Shown piece by piece: positions 1 through 12,812 of a DNA stretch of 64,000 bases; positions within the stretch are counted from its first letter, which is position 1, and each line of letters opens with the position of its first letter. Where the stretch lies: the NCBI GenBank assembly GCA_951406725.2, contig OX597822.1:27218001-27282000 (forward strand), read 5' to 3'. Below the pieces are notes generated by a model that saw only the letters and a program-made list of their open reading frames with translations, was not told the origin of the DNA and searched no databases. Made by a program: the position numbers and the translations under genes. Source of the stretch: Octopus vulgaris (Eukaryota).

Positions 1-2156
1 TTAATGATTACTTGAAAAGTGCCATGTTTGAAAATAATTTGCTCACTTCGATGAAGACAATAAAAATACGCAGAATGAATTTTGTGACAACTAGCATATG
101 TTTGTCTCTTATTTTGTTATTCAGTGTATTAACAAAATTCTACTCCAAAATAAACTTCATTAAAACTCAATTAAAATAAATTAAATATTAAAAAAAAAAA
201 AACTTCTGTCATAATTAAACGGAACAATCAGCGACATATCTCATTTCACTTGTCATATTTTATTTTATTTTATTTTATTATTTTTTGCTTTTCACAAATT
301 TATTGTAGGAACCGCTGCGACCGTTGAGCAGTAAATTTGATAAAGAAAATGTCATCTATGCAGCTAAGGCTAATACACATTGTACACAGAATGATAAGAG
401 AGAATTAGATAAATTGCAGGGGAGACTTAAAAAAGAGAATAAAAGTCATAAACGTGACTAAAAGTCCACTGAATAAACCAGATATTGATTGTTAATTTAT
501 GTCTTTAAAAAACAAATGTCTTTTTTAAATATAATTTATTGGCAGTCGCAGCTGGCAAATGTTAAAACGTAACATTATACCGACCAAAGTGTCAATGATT
601 CATATTCTTTAACCAATATTGCTCTGCTTTTTTGAACACTAAGTAGCAGAGACCAAACTGGAATTATAAAGTGAGGTTTAAACAATAGGCAGCGGGAGCA
701 CTACGTTATGAACGTGAGAGTTTACATATGACTAATTTGAATTATCAATCGTTCGTGTAATTTTATCGAGATTCCAGTGAATTTAATTTCATGTTATTAG
801 AAGGTACTTAAATCTTAAAAGCACAAGCAATTAACCGTGAGTATATTCCTTGGGAAATTGTGGCTCGTCGCTATAAATTGTAGGGGAGTTGCTATATGTA
901 CCAGTGTAGTTATTTACAACTATAAGCAGCGAGGAAGCTTTGTCATGAACGGCCGAAGTCGCTTGTCGTTGATTTGAAATGTCAGTAGATAGAATAGTTT
1001 CATTAGGATTGTAGAAATGATTTCCATTAAATTTTTGCAGATACTTAACTCTTGGTAACACTTCTACCTCTAGTCATGAGCGTATTCCTTTGGAAGCTGT
1101 GGCTAACCGCTTTTAACAGGAGGAGGATTGTTATATGTACGAGTGTTTCGATGGATTGCAGCTCTGATATAAAATAATATTGACGAATGTTAGCATTTAA
1201 TAATGAGCTCAAAGCAAGATTGGTGTCACTAAGAATATATCTCAAACCTCCTCCTAATTCCATATTTCTTTAACATAATGATGAACGCAAATTCTGTCCG
1301 TGAGAAACACTACTAAAACGATTCGGTTGCCAGTCGCATTGAAAATTTTACAAGTGAAGAAAATTACTCAGAATTTCACTCTTAAGTGATTATTTTAAAA
1401 CCCCCCAAAAAAATGTGACAGTGGTGATGATAAGATAATGATGATGACGACGATGGAGGTGGTGATGGTGGTGAGGATGATGATGATGTGACAAAATGGA
1501 AATATGATGATGCATATTTCTTGAGTGTCATGTGAAACAAGTGGATACTTTAGGTTCATTCTTTCAATTTATACGCTTAACTTCATAGTACCAAATAATT
1601 CATAATTTATATGAATGTATTTCTGAAAATTCTGGAGAAAATATAAAGAAAAATGCCTCGCCAAAATTAATTATGATGAATCCTGTGGAAAACCTATGCA
1701 TCTTGTTGTTGTGTATGCATGCCTGTATGTATGTATGTACGTATGTACTATGTATGTATGTATGTATGTATATATAATAGAATGTATGTGCGTGTGTAAG
1801 TCATTTAGGGTTCGTGACTTTCTTGTTTATTTAAATCAAAAGCTGTTTGGACAAGGAAAAGTAAAGAAGTGTCATAAAGCTTCAAGTAAAATTTTAAATA
1901 TTGCATTCAAGAAACAAAACAAAAAAAAAGATAGAAAAGAAAAAGGGAAAAGAACCCTCAATGAATCAACGGAAAATACGAGATATTCGAAAGAATAAAA
2001 AGAAAAAGAAAACGAAACGAAAAACCTCTGTGAAGAAATATTTCCCAGAGAAAAGAAGCTAATGATAAGAACAAAGACATACATACACACATACATACAT
2101 GCGTACATGCATACGTGCATAGGTGTATATACACACACTTACATACATACATACAT

Positions 2157-2428
2157 GTGAAGGCGCAATGGCCCAGTGGTTACGGCAGTAGACTCGGGGT
2201 CGTAGGATCGCGGTTTCGATTCTCAGACCGGGCGTTGTGAGTGTTTAGCTCCACGAGGCTCCGGCAGGGGGTGGGGTGGCGATCCCTTCGCCACAACATT
2301 CTCTCACTCCTTCTGTTGGCCTGCCCGCTTAGCCAGCGGGGCGGCATCATTTGAAGGCTAAAACAATGCGAAGCGCATTGTGACCAGCGATGTGTAGCAA
2401 CACCTGATAGCCTGGTCGGTCACATGAT
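2157..2428 (+). mobile_element. tRNA-derived SINE, family C head with tail type 2
   Basis: Head GTGAAGGCGCAATGGCCCAGTGG (A box) ... GGTTTCGATTCTC (B-box-like) is shared with copies at 30726, 46907 and 62923. The 3' part (GGCCTGCCCGCTTAGCC...GGTCACATGATC) is unique and is followed by (CATA)n. Confidence 0.85.
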
Positions 2429-2431
2429 CAA

Positions 2432-2653
2432 ATACATACATACATACATACATACATGCATGCATGCATGCATGCATACATACATACATACATACATACA
2501 TACATACATACATACATACATACATACATACATACATACATACATACATACATACATACATACATACATACATACATACATACATACATACATACATACA
2601 TACATACATACATACATACATACATACATACATACATACATACATACATACAT
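2432..2653. repeat. (CATA)n tetranucleotide microsatellite
   Basis: Long near-perfect TACA/CATA run; source of the MYVC/HTYI pseudo-ORFs. Confidence 0.98.
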
Positions 2654-3470
2654 TTATTCATACAATATGCGCGTGTGTATGTATATAGAATTAAAAGAAT
2701 AAGAGCATTCTTAATTTAATTTTCTTCCTGAAAATTCTGGCAATTTCAAAAATTCAGTTCAAAAATAATAAAAAAAATTATAATCGATTTATGAAATCAA
2801 TATCTACAACAGAAGTAGAAATAAAAGAAAGAAGAAAAACCCACTCAGATTCAAAATTCTAAAGATTGTCACAAGTTATAATAATTAAAAGGAATCTTCA
2901 ATATCGCTCGCAACGTTCGTTGAAATTTGTGAACAATGAATACGAAAAGAAAAAACAACCCCACAAAATATATAATTGTAATAAGCGGAAGGACATCTTA
3001 AACGTTGAAAACAAAACCGCTTCAGCAAGCATTTGAAATGCATTCCGTAGGTTAGAAGAGGTGCAGAGATGTAATTAATTATCCGCCAGAGGGTACGATG
3101 ACTCACTTGTAACATCACATAGCTTGCAACACAGTTTTTACAGTTTACTTCAAACGGTCAGAAACAAATCCAAACGAGAAGCTTTCATTCTATGCGAATG
3201 AAAATAGAATAAAAGGCGTGCATCTTATTAGCAGGCGCATTTATACACTCTAAATATTCACATATATACGTACACACATAAATTGTGATAAGTACTTACT
3301 TCTCAGTCCTTATTATGTTTCAAACTGTGGCTAATCGTTTTACGTCATAATAAAGTATAATTTCAATAACGATCGTATGTATATATATATTATGTTGGCA
3401 AATAGCCTTTACTTTAAAGGACTGCTACTGAATATCTCTCTTTGAGATTTAGAAGTATACACACACACAG

Positions 3471-3540
<70 letters not shown>

Positions 3541-3542
<2 letters not shown>

Positions 3543-3615
3543 TTCTTTACTGCCCACAAGGGGCTAAACATAGGGGGGACAAACAAGGACAGATAAAGGG
3601 ATTAAGTCGATTACA
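3541..3615 (-). mobile_element. SINE family B, 3' tail only
   Basis: Matches the tail of full copies at 11354, 56117 and 60955. Confidence 0.8.
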
Positions 3616-3628
3616 TATATATATATGC

Positions 3629-3859
3629 ACTCTTTTACTAGTTTCAGTCATTTGACTGCGGAGCAGCACCGCCTTTAGTCGAGCAAAACGACCCAGGACT
3701 TATTCTTTGGAAGCCTAGTGCTTATTCTATCGGGCTCTCTTTGCCGAAGCGCTAATTTGCGGGGACGTAAACACACCACCATCGGTTGTCAAGCGATGTT
3801 GGGAGGACAAACACAGACATACATACATACATACATACATACATACATACATACATACA

Positions 3860-3927
<68 letters not shown>

Positions 3928-4100
3928 CATACATATATACGACGTGCTTCTTTCAGTTCTCGTCTACCAAATCCACTCACAAGGCTTTGGTCGGCCCGAG
4001 GCTATAGTAGAAGATACTTGCCCAAGGTGCCACTCAGTGGGAATGAACCCAGAACCATGTGGTTGGTAAGCAAGCTACTTACCACACAGCTTCTCCCATA
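3629..4100 (-). mobile_element. tRNA-derived SINE family A with expanded internal microsatellite
   Basis: Reverse complement of the family A sequence (GCTGTGTGGTAAG...GGTTCATTCCC...GGCACCTTGGGCAAGT...GACTGAAAC) found more than 10 times in the window. Confidence 0.9.
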
Positions 4101-4113
4101 TAGATAGATATAC

Positions 4114-4164
<51 letters not shown>

Positions 4165-4236
4165 CACACACACTCACACATATATGTGTGCGTGTGTTAA
4201 ATTGATGTAATATCAATTAGCATAAGGCTTGTAAGC

Positions 4237-4457
4237 GACCACCGTGTATTGACTAAAGAAAATAGTCTAACATTTGGGCATATAAATCATATAAGTGGGC
4301 TTCCCGTACGCATGGGACTCGAACTCACGCCTCTTATATTCGAGATAAGTATGCTAACCAATTACACCACTGACTTCTTTCCTTTAGACTTGAGAATTAT
4401 AATTTCATTGGTCAAATAACGGTGAACTATAATTTGTTTAGTCAATATACGATGATC
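4237..4457 (-). mobile_element. Inverted-repeat-bounded element containing a tRNA-like (A/B box) sequence
   Basis: GACCACCGTGTATTGACTAAA at 4237 is inverted relative to TTTAGTCAATATACGATGATC ending at 4457. The interior on the minus strand has TGGTGTAATTGG and GAGTTCGAGTCC plus an anticodon-like arm CTTAT-CTCGAAT-ATAAG. Confidence 0.55.
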
Positions 4458-4644
4458 AAGTTGGATGCTCTTCATTAATTTTCTATGTCAAACAAAGATA
4501 AATGTCATGAACTGTGGAGAATCCTTTACTTAAAGTCAGAAGAAAGTTTCAATGCGATAAGAGACTTGACCTTGCAATTTGTCAATACGAAACTGACATC
4601 TATTACAATGCAAGTTCCAACATATGGCATTTGAAATCTCGTTG

Positions 4645-4930
4645 ATCTCTTCTTTCTTTATGCCTTTAACCCTTCAACGCGGAGTATAGGCCACTTATAG
4701 TTGAATTCCATGTCGCATAATTTTTGGCTTCTGCACTTATACTCTGCCTAGAACGTCCCCCTTTCTCTAGTTCCTTTTGTGTTGATCTCCGCCACGAGTT
4801 CTTAGGCCTACCTCTCCTTCTATATCCATTCGGTTTCCACTGTAAAGCACTTTTCGCTACATTTGGTTGTCTTTTCTAATTGCGCTCCCAATCCACTTCC
4901 ACTTTTTCTCAAATATTTGCTCCCTAAGCG
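4645..4930 (-). mobile_element. RTE-clade LINE 3' fragment (decayed)
   Basis: Minus-strand translation KKWKWIGSAIRK...AKSALQWKPNGYRRRGRPKNSWRRS matches the typical RTE ORF C-terminus (W.W.GH / WxPxGxRxRGRP). Confidence 0.8.
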
Positions 4931-5591
4931 ACTGTAGTACAGAGATTAGTAGCAGTATATTCAGTGGTTATAAAGACTCAGCTAACATGGATAAACTAAA
5001 TTTTTCGTAGGAATAACAAATATGTTGATGGCATTTTTACCTTTTCACTTTTTTACTCAATGTAGAATACCTCCGCTATTGACATAAGGAATAAAACAAA
5101 TATTTGAAAAGAAAGAGTGAAAATGTCACATAAATATTATCTTATAATTATAGGACAGAAATTAGCTAATTATTCAGCAAGTAATTATGATATGCACTTA
5201 AAACAGCCTAAGATTAAAATACCACTGTATGTATCGTTTATAATGGAACGGCCCTAACTATAATATTTTGTCACAGAGAGCCTTCTCTAAGAGTCTGAGA
5301 CAGAATATTATGGCTAATAACGTTCTATATTTATATACAAATAATAAATGTTATACACACCGGTACCAACAAATAATGTTACGTAGTATTTACTTAAGTT
5401 ATTTAAAGAAATAAACAAATAATTGAATTTTTGTTAGGAACTTTTGGCGGCAAATGCTAATTTTCCAACAGATTACAAATAGGACACTTCCTAATCATGA
5501 CTGTTCATGACATTCATTTATGAAAAAACAAATAGCTAAATATTTTGAAATGAATGACAGTTAAAGAGAATTTTTTTTAAAATAAAGAAGA

Positions 5592-5812
5592 AAAATAAGT
5601 GTGAATTGTGTTCCCGTAATGATTCTTTTTAATTTCAACATAAGGCGAGCAGCTTTGAGGGTCGATTACATCAACCCCAGTGCTAAACTGATACTTAGTT
5701 TTATCGACCACGAGAGGACCTCGGCAGAATTTGAACTTTGAAAATAAAGATTCAGTTGAAAAACTGCTAAGCATTTTATCCAGTGCGCTGACAATTTTAC
5801 TAGCTGGCCGCC
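5592..5812 (-). mobile_element. SINE family B, degraded
   Basis: GTCGATTACATCAACCCCAGTG...TTTATCGACC...CCTCGGCAGAATTTGAAC matches family B. Confidence 0.7.
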
Positions 5813-6357
5813 ATATGTTCTCGTAATAATTACGAGCCGAAAATGCGCTGGATTTCGAAGCGAATGTATATTTGGAGAGAAAGATTTCTAGTGGCAGAAT
5901 TGAGCGACTGCCCAAAGAATGAGGCGACCACTGGAAGAAATAACGGGGTAAGAAATGTATAGGATTTAAGATAGGCTTACTAATGCTTTTGAATTGAGTC
6001 CAAGTATATAGGGGGCGTATACATCATAAAAAAAGTATCAAGAAGCTTTCAGTATGAGCTACTGAGTTTATACACTTTTATGGATGTCTATTTTATAACT
6101 TTTTTGTAACTCAAGCATATACAAGAATACATTGAGAAATATACGTAGAGATATGAAAGCTAACTAAATAACTAAACAAGCAAGTTAAAAACAACTCAAC
6201 GTGCCTATGAATACATTATGCTTGGGATCATCCGGAGTATGAGTGATCTTAAATTAGATTAGATTCCGAGGGGCCGCAAATAAAAAACAAAGCAGAAGAT
6301 GATAACGAACGACAAATTATTATTTGCCTATATTTGACAAAATATGAATCACGTAAC

Positions 6358-6560
6358 CCTAGATAGAGTCAGCAGAATCGTCAGAGCTTTGCACAAAATG
6401 CTTTATTCTTTTCATTCTAAGTTCAAATCTGATCAGGATCAACTTTGCTTCTATTTTTCTCGGGATCGATAAAATAAAGTGGCAATCAAGTATTGGAGTC
6501 ACTAGTATCGACTTACCCCCTCCCCTCAAAATCGCCGTCTTTCCGTCTAAATCAGGAAAC
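6358..6560 (+). mobile_element. SINE family B, degraded
   Basis: GCAGAATCGTCAG...AGTTCAAATC...GGGATCGATAAAATAAAGT...ATCGACTTACCCCCTCCCC. Confidence 0.65.
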
Positions 6561-6659
6561 AGTATTAAAAATTACCAGAACACTTTGCTCAGCACTAGAA
6601 AAAAGCAATAGCTGATTTGATTGATGGATGGATGGATAATATATGCAATATGTATCATT

Positions 6660-7310
6660 ATCATCTGGTTGAGCTTGCTCGTACATTTTTTCACCTACGC
6701 ACGCCATCCATCTCGGTCCAGCACTAGTAGAGGGAGATCTTCGTGGAGGCATCCAGTCTCTCTGATAAATTGATCTATGTAGATCAACTCGCTCTGAGTT
6801 GATCTACAGAGATCAACTCACACAGTGGTTTTCGCACGAGTACAGCCATGGCTTGGCTTCCATAACAGTAGGTCACTTAAAAGCTCTTGTTTAACTCACC
6901 AGCAATGTCCCTCAAAACGCAGTACCTTTCCCTTGTAATGGTGGAAAGAGACTGAGAACCTCCAGATAGCTGTTTCTTAGTGGCATGAGTTCTCCAAAAT
7001 ATGTTTCAGACTGTTCTTAACATTCGTGCGTAAGTTCCATTCAGCTTGGATTCCAGTTCTTTATAAGCATCCATGCTGTTGCTCCATATAAAAGTACTGA
7101 CTCTACTGTTGGACGGATAAATAAATTCCTCTTAAGGTTCTCTGACTGAGTTGATTTCAAGTCGACATCCAGTTTGTTTAGGGCCAACCATGCTTTGGCA
7201 ATCCGATTTCATTGCTCGGACGTCGGACATCAAGCTAAAAAAATAACTCATGTAGAGTCTATATTGATGATTTAGCTTTGCTTTCTAACACAAAACCAAA
7301 CTCCATCCAG
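6660..7310 (-). mobile_element. RTE-clade LINE fragment (RT C-terminal region, decayed)
   Basis: Minus translation RIAKAWLALNKL...TVESVLLYGATAWML...LNGTYARMLR...GHCW...LLLWKPSHG...YIDQF...DRDGWR, with stops and frameshifts. Confidence 0.85.
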
Positions 7311-7758
7311 TTACTTCATAGTCTAGAATTAGCTGTGCCTGATGTTGGACCACCTGTTAAACCTAGCAGGCGCGGTCCTGGAAATTTTTTGAAGGGGGGG
7401 CAAATGAGCAGAAGGGAATACAATTCCAGGACAGAAGTGCATAATAATATTATTTAGAATGGCACACTTCTTTTCTTTGGGGGGAGCGGGCACGTTCCCC
7501 ATCACCCCCAGCGTTCGTCCCAGGACAAGTAAAGAATATTCCATTGCTCACAATAACAAGGGTCTATCACCGACATCATGATTTCACGTACCTCGTTTCT
7601 GAGAAAGCTTCAACTGAAAAGGATGTGATGGCAATATATATATATATATATATCAATGAGTGTATATCCATGTATGTATGTATGTATGTATGTATGTATG
7701 TATGTATGTATGTATGTATGTATGTATGTATGTATGTATGTATGTACACACACACACA

Positions 7759-7876
<118 letters not shown>

Positions 7877-8221
7877 TGTGTGTGTATGTGTGTATGTTTG
7901 TATATATATATATATATATATTATACAATATCATGAGAAATGATAATTTGTGACATCGAGACTATTTGTGTAATAAATATGTCTGGCTTTCATTCTTTGA
8001 TAGTATTTTTTTGTGGATAAGTTACGTTAGTTCAAGAGATGTTAAAAATCCTATTATTTCTGTATCACAAAACCCGACTTTTTTTCATTAAAACTCGTGT
8101 GCCGTTATTTCAATGTCTGTATTTATGACTGAAGTGAAAGTTTCAAAGAAAGTTAAAAAAAAAAAAATCAGAAGCAAAGATAGACAGAGTCAGCAGATGA
8201 ACACACAGAATAGATAGATGA

Positions 8222-8306
<85 letters not shown>

Positions 8307-8310
8307 CAGA
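8222..8310. repeat. (TAGA)n microsatellite
   Basis: Direct reading. Confidence 0.97.
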
Positions 8311-9044
8311 CAGAGAAGGAAAGAGAGAACATAAGTAAAACTAAGAAATGCAGATATTATTAAGTACTATCTACTTTTTTGTGTCGTAGCCATTGGTAAC
8401 TAATATATATATTTAATGTATTTGTTTTGACAAGGCGAACGAAGCATGCGCAAAAACGGGAAGGAGAACTGACAGCTCACGTAGAAAGAAAAACTAAACC
8501 AAATGAAATAACGCTAACACCACCATCGTTATAGCACGCGCACTATCACCAACAACTTACCCTTTATTTACTTATCTCCTTCAAGATATGATCTTTCTCT
8601 TTCTCCTTACTTTCTTTATCTTTCTTTCACTCACTTTCTTTTTCTCTCTATCAATTCTTCCTCTATTTCTCTCACACTGCTACCTCCTCTCGCTCTCTTT
8701 CTTTTCCCCTCTCTCTCTCTCTGTCTCTCTCTCCCACTCACTTTAATGTAAATAAAAAAAAGAGAGACAAAAAAAATAAGTAAAGAATTAAAAATTCCTT
8801 CAGGAAGGAAGTAGCTGCTTTTATGGTTGTCTGTCTCTTCCTCGCTTCCTTCCGCAGATCTGATGTCGCTAGAGTATTGTTGCTTTATTATAAACACAGA
8901 GAAAGAAAGAGCGTGTGGTGGATGGTTGGTGAGAGGTTTAGTCGGGTTGCTTGCTTGATGCTGCTGTTGTTGTCACTGACCTAACACACAGCGTTAGCTT
9001 TCATAACAACGTTTTTGCCTCTGTTCTGTGGTGGTCGTCACCAG

Positions 9045-9353
9045 AGCTGCAGCAGCAACAGCAGCAGCGTCAACAGCAACAGCAACAGCAGCATTGATGA
9101 GAGCAACAACAGCAGCAGCATCGATGGGAGCAGCACTTGCAGCAACTGCAGAGGTACTTGCAGCGAAACATAATTATAATTATAATTAAAATTATAATAT
9201 ACTTAATAGGAAGAAGGTAAGGTAAGCTAAGTACAGCAGCAGGAACAGTAGCAGTTATAATAGCAGCAGCAGCAGCCGCAGCAGCAGCCGCAGCAGCAGC
9301 CGCAACAGTAGCCGCAGCAGTAGCAGTGGTGGTGGTGATAGTAGTAGTAGTAC

Positions 9354-9394
<41 letters not shown>

Positions 9395-9990
9395 ACAAGT
9401 GATATTGAAATATTTATAGTAACACCGTTATTACACATACATCCCCTCGAATGCGCTAACTTGCATCAGCCACGAAATAGTTAGTAGTAGTAGTGGTGGT
9501 GGTTGTGGTGGTTGTGGTGGTGGTTGAGGTGGTAGTTGTGGTGGTGGTTGTGGTGGTGGTTGTGGTGGTAGTAGCGGTGGTGGTGGTGGTGGTGGTGGTT
9601 GTAGTGGTGGTGGTGGTGGTAGTTGTAATGGTAGTAGCGGTGGTGGTGGTGGTGGTTGTGGTGGTGGTTGTGGTGGTGGTGGTTGTGGTGGTAGTTGTGG
9701 TGGTAGTAGCGGCGGTGGTGGTAGTTGTGGTGATGCTGGTGGTGGTGGTGGTGGTGGTGGTGGTGGTGGTAATAGCAATAGTCGTGGTGGTGTTAGTAGT
9801 AGTGGTGGTGGTGGTGATGGTGGTTGTGATGGTGGTGGTCGTCGTCGTCCTGGCGGTGGTGGTAATAGCTATAGTCGTGGTGGTGTTAGTAGTAGTAGTA
9901 GTAGTAGTAGTAGCAGAAGTTGAGTTAGTAGTAGTAGTAGTAATAGTAGAAGTAGTAGCTGCAGCAGTAATAGTAGTAGTAATAGTACAG
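9045..9990. repeat. Compound trinucleotide region (CAG/CAA, GCA, GTA, GTG/GTT)
   Basis: Imperfect triplet runs; source of the poly-V/T/P pseudo-ORFs. Confidence 0.95.
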
Positions 9991-10261
9991 AATTTTACAT
10001 TTTGGTTTTGTTTGCTCGTTTGTGTTCCAATGTTCTTGCTTGTTTTAGAGGACATGCGGTTGTGTGTGTGTGTGAGTGTGTGAGTGTGTGTGCCTGTGTG
10101 CGCGTGCGCGCGAGTATGTACTCATCTAATCTTATCTGTTTCACCATAACATCATGCTCTGTAAACTAGATGAAGTTAACAGAACAGTCAGACGTTTGTA
10201 AGTTATTCTAAACTCCCATATAAATAACTCCCGATGGTGAGCAAATTTTACCATTCTTTGG

Positions 10262-10470
10262 ACTGGCGCTGAATCGCTAGAGTGTCGGACGAATTACCTT
10301 GAGGTATTTGCTCCGGCTCCTTAGGTTCTGAGCTGGAATTCCACCAAGGTCAACTTAGCTTTTCTTCGCTCCGGAGTAGACAAAAATAAGGAACCAGTTA
10401 AGTACAGGGATTGATGTAATCAACAAACCCCATCCCGACAAATGCCTGACCTTGTACCTACGCTGCACGC
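10262..10470 (+). mobile_element. SINE family B, degraded
   Basis: CTGAATCGCTAG...TTCTGAG...AATTCCACCAAGGTCAACTTAGC...GATTGATGTAATCAAC. Confidence 0.6.
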
Positions 10471-10505
10471 AATAATTATTATCATGATTATTATTATCAT
10501 TGATG

Positions 10506-10537
<32 letters not shown>

Positions 10538-10589
10538 TCTCTTCTCTTTTGTCTTTCCTCCTATTTCTTTCTCTCTCTCTCTCTCTCTC

Positions 10590-10786
10590 TTTCTTTCTCA
10601 CTGGGTAACCCTGTACCTCCACTATAACAAGATACCTATTTCTGCCTCTCTATTTCTCTGTCACACTCTAACCTTTCATTATCTGATACCGGTTCATCTC
10701 ATCTAATGCCCCTTCCGTTATAGCAAGACACCTGTTTCTGCCTCCCTCTCTCTCTCTCTCTCTCTTTCTCTCTTTCTCTCTATCTC

Positions 10787-10821
<35 letters not shown>

Positions 10822-11220
10822 CTGTCACACTCAAACCTTTCATCCCCTGACACAAGTTCTTTCCTTAAATGCCCCTGCCCCTCTCATAATTCCTTGTCTT
10901 GCAAGTTACTTGGTGACCCTGCCAGTGTTGGTGCCACGGAAAAAGCATCCGGTCCACACTGTAAAGTGGTTGGCATTTGGAAGGACACCCAGCCGTAAAA
11001 ATCATGCCAAAACTAACCTCACCCGTGCTAGTGCCACGTAAAAAGCGCTGGGTTCACTATGCAGGGTGTTAGGAAGGGCATGCAGCTTTAAAATCCCAGC
11101 AAAAACAGACACAGTAGCTTAGGGTAGTTTTCTACCTATCCGGCTCCTGTCACCCGTCCTAATCATGCATGCATGAGTAGAAGACGGACGTTAAATAATG
11201 ATGATGATGATGATGATGAG
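10590..11220 (+). mobile_element. Non-autonomous retroelement, probably RTE-related, ending in (GAT)n
   Basis: Two internal copies of GTGCCACG.AAAAAGC...GGAAGG.CA..CAGC..TAAAA; ends GACGGACGTTAAATAATGATGATG. A related decayed copy lies on the minus strand near 53850-53930. RTE assignment is from memory. Confidence 0.55.
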
Positions 11221-11353
11221 AGTGACTGGCCCTGCTTTAATTGTGCACCTGTAGAACAGGGGGCAGGAGAGACGGCTCGTACCTTTCATGGTTAGGGTAA
11301 TACTGGATCTTTGAGGTTCCTTGACTGGTCCTAGTTGGAGTTTCTTCTATACC

Positions 11354-11585
11354 TATTTCTTTACTACCCACGATGGGCTAAACACAGAGAGGATAAACAA
11401 GGACAGACAAACGGATTGAGTCGATTATATCGACCCCAAGTGCGTAACTGGTACTTAATTTATCGACCCCGAAAGGATGAAAGGCAAAGTCGACCTCGGC
11501 AGAATTTGAACTCAGAACGTAACGGCAGACGAAATACGGCTACGCATTTCGCCCGACGTGCTAACGTTTCTGCCAGTTCTCCGCC
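11354..11585 (-). mobile_element. tRNA-derived SINE family B, full length with TSD
   Basis: A-box-like head and B box GAGTTCAAATTC; central GCCTTTCATCCTTTCGGGGTCGATAAATTAAGTACCAG resembles the Meta/MESC SINE domain (from memory). 13-bp TSD TTTCTTCTATACC at 11341-11353 and 11586-11598. Confidence 0.92.
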
Positions 11586-11970
11586 TTTCTTCTATACCAG
11601 GAGGTCTGCATCGTTTATGTTATCACATACTTTGTATACTAATATATTTGTATCGCATTTCACTGACTTTGCTATTTCTCCCTATTCATTATGTAAATCC
11701 CCACACAAATTGTTGTCTGTCTTTGTGATGTCACTCATCAATTGGAAGGATGGCTGGATTCCTATAATTCGTCTTTTTTTAATCACTGCTGTGATAGTAA
11801 ACATAAAACGTTTAAAACCCGTTTAAATTGTATTCAACATGGCAATTTTCTTCAATGTTTTCAGTCTTCACGGTTCCCCTACTTCATGTGAGAAACACTG
11901 GATTAATGCACGTAATGAACCGATTGAATTGTGACAGGTCAACGACGCTGATGGGAAAATAAGGACCTTT

Positions 11971-12373
11971 TTTTACTCTTTTACTTGTTTCAGCCATTTG
12001 ACTGTGGCCATGTTGGAGCACCGCCTTTAGTCGAGCAAATCGACCCCACGACTTATTCTTTGTAAGCCTAGTACTTATTCTATCGGTGTCTTTTACCGAA
12101 CCGCTAAGTCACGGGGATGTAAACACACCAGCATCGGTAGTCAAGCGATGTTGCAGGGACAAACACAGACACACAAACATATACATACACACATACATAT
12201 ACATATATAGGACGGGCTTCTTTCGGTTTCCGTCTACCAGATCCACGCACAAGGCTTTGGTCGGCTCGAGGCTTTAGTATAAGACACTTGCCCAAAGTGC
12301 CACGCAGTGGGACTGAACCCGGGACCATGTGGTTGGTAAGCAAGCTACTTACCACACAGCCACTCCTACACCT
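11971..12373 (-). mobile_element. SINE family A, full length
   Basis: Complete reverse-complement match to the copies at 20825 and 21925. Confidence 0.92.
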
Positions 12374-12431
12374 GGGGACAGTTTAAGAGAAATGCAGTCC
12401 GGTTGGGTAGAGAAAGGGATATTTTTTCTCA

Positions 12432-12812
12432 TTTACGTTTTACTTGTTTCAGTCATTGGATTGCGGCAATGCTGGAGCACTACTTTGAATGGTTTTGTCT
12501 CGAAAATCGATACCAATATCTTTTTGCCGAACCGCTAAGTTACGGAGATGTAAGTACACCTTCATTAGTTGTCAAGTAGTTTGTGAATGGTGGTGGCTGT
12601 GGTGGGTGGATGCAGACACACATACATCAACAAAAAACACACACACACACACACAAACACACATTTATGCACAATGGTTTTCTCTATTTCCCGTTAGCTA
12701 AATTCGCTCACAGGGTATTGGTAGGCTCATCTCAAAGCGTTGTGTAGTGGGACTGAATACAAAGCCATTCGGTCGCGAAACGTGTTTCTTAATCACACAG
12801 CCTAAGCTTGCG
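12432..12812 (-). mobile_element. SINE family A, old degraded copy
   Basis: TTACTTGTTTCAGTCATT...GCCGAACCGCTAAGTTACGG...GTGGGACTGAA...CACACAGCC. Confidence 0.75.

Noticed and set aside
4295-4376. Functional tRNA gene
   Set aside because: Acceptor stem does not pair; treated as tRNA-like only. The same applies to the SINE heads.
7367-7525. DNA-transposon-like end CAGGCGCGGTCCTGGAAATTTT
   Set aside because: No matching second terminus or TSD found.
9070-10083. Poly-P/T/V ORFs of 115-199 aa suggesting mucin- or extensin-like proteins
   Set aside because: Open on both strands and in several frames because of triplet repeats; no unique domain.
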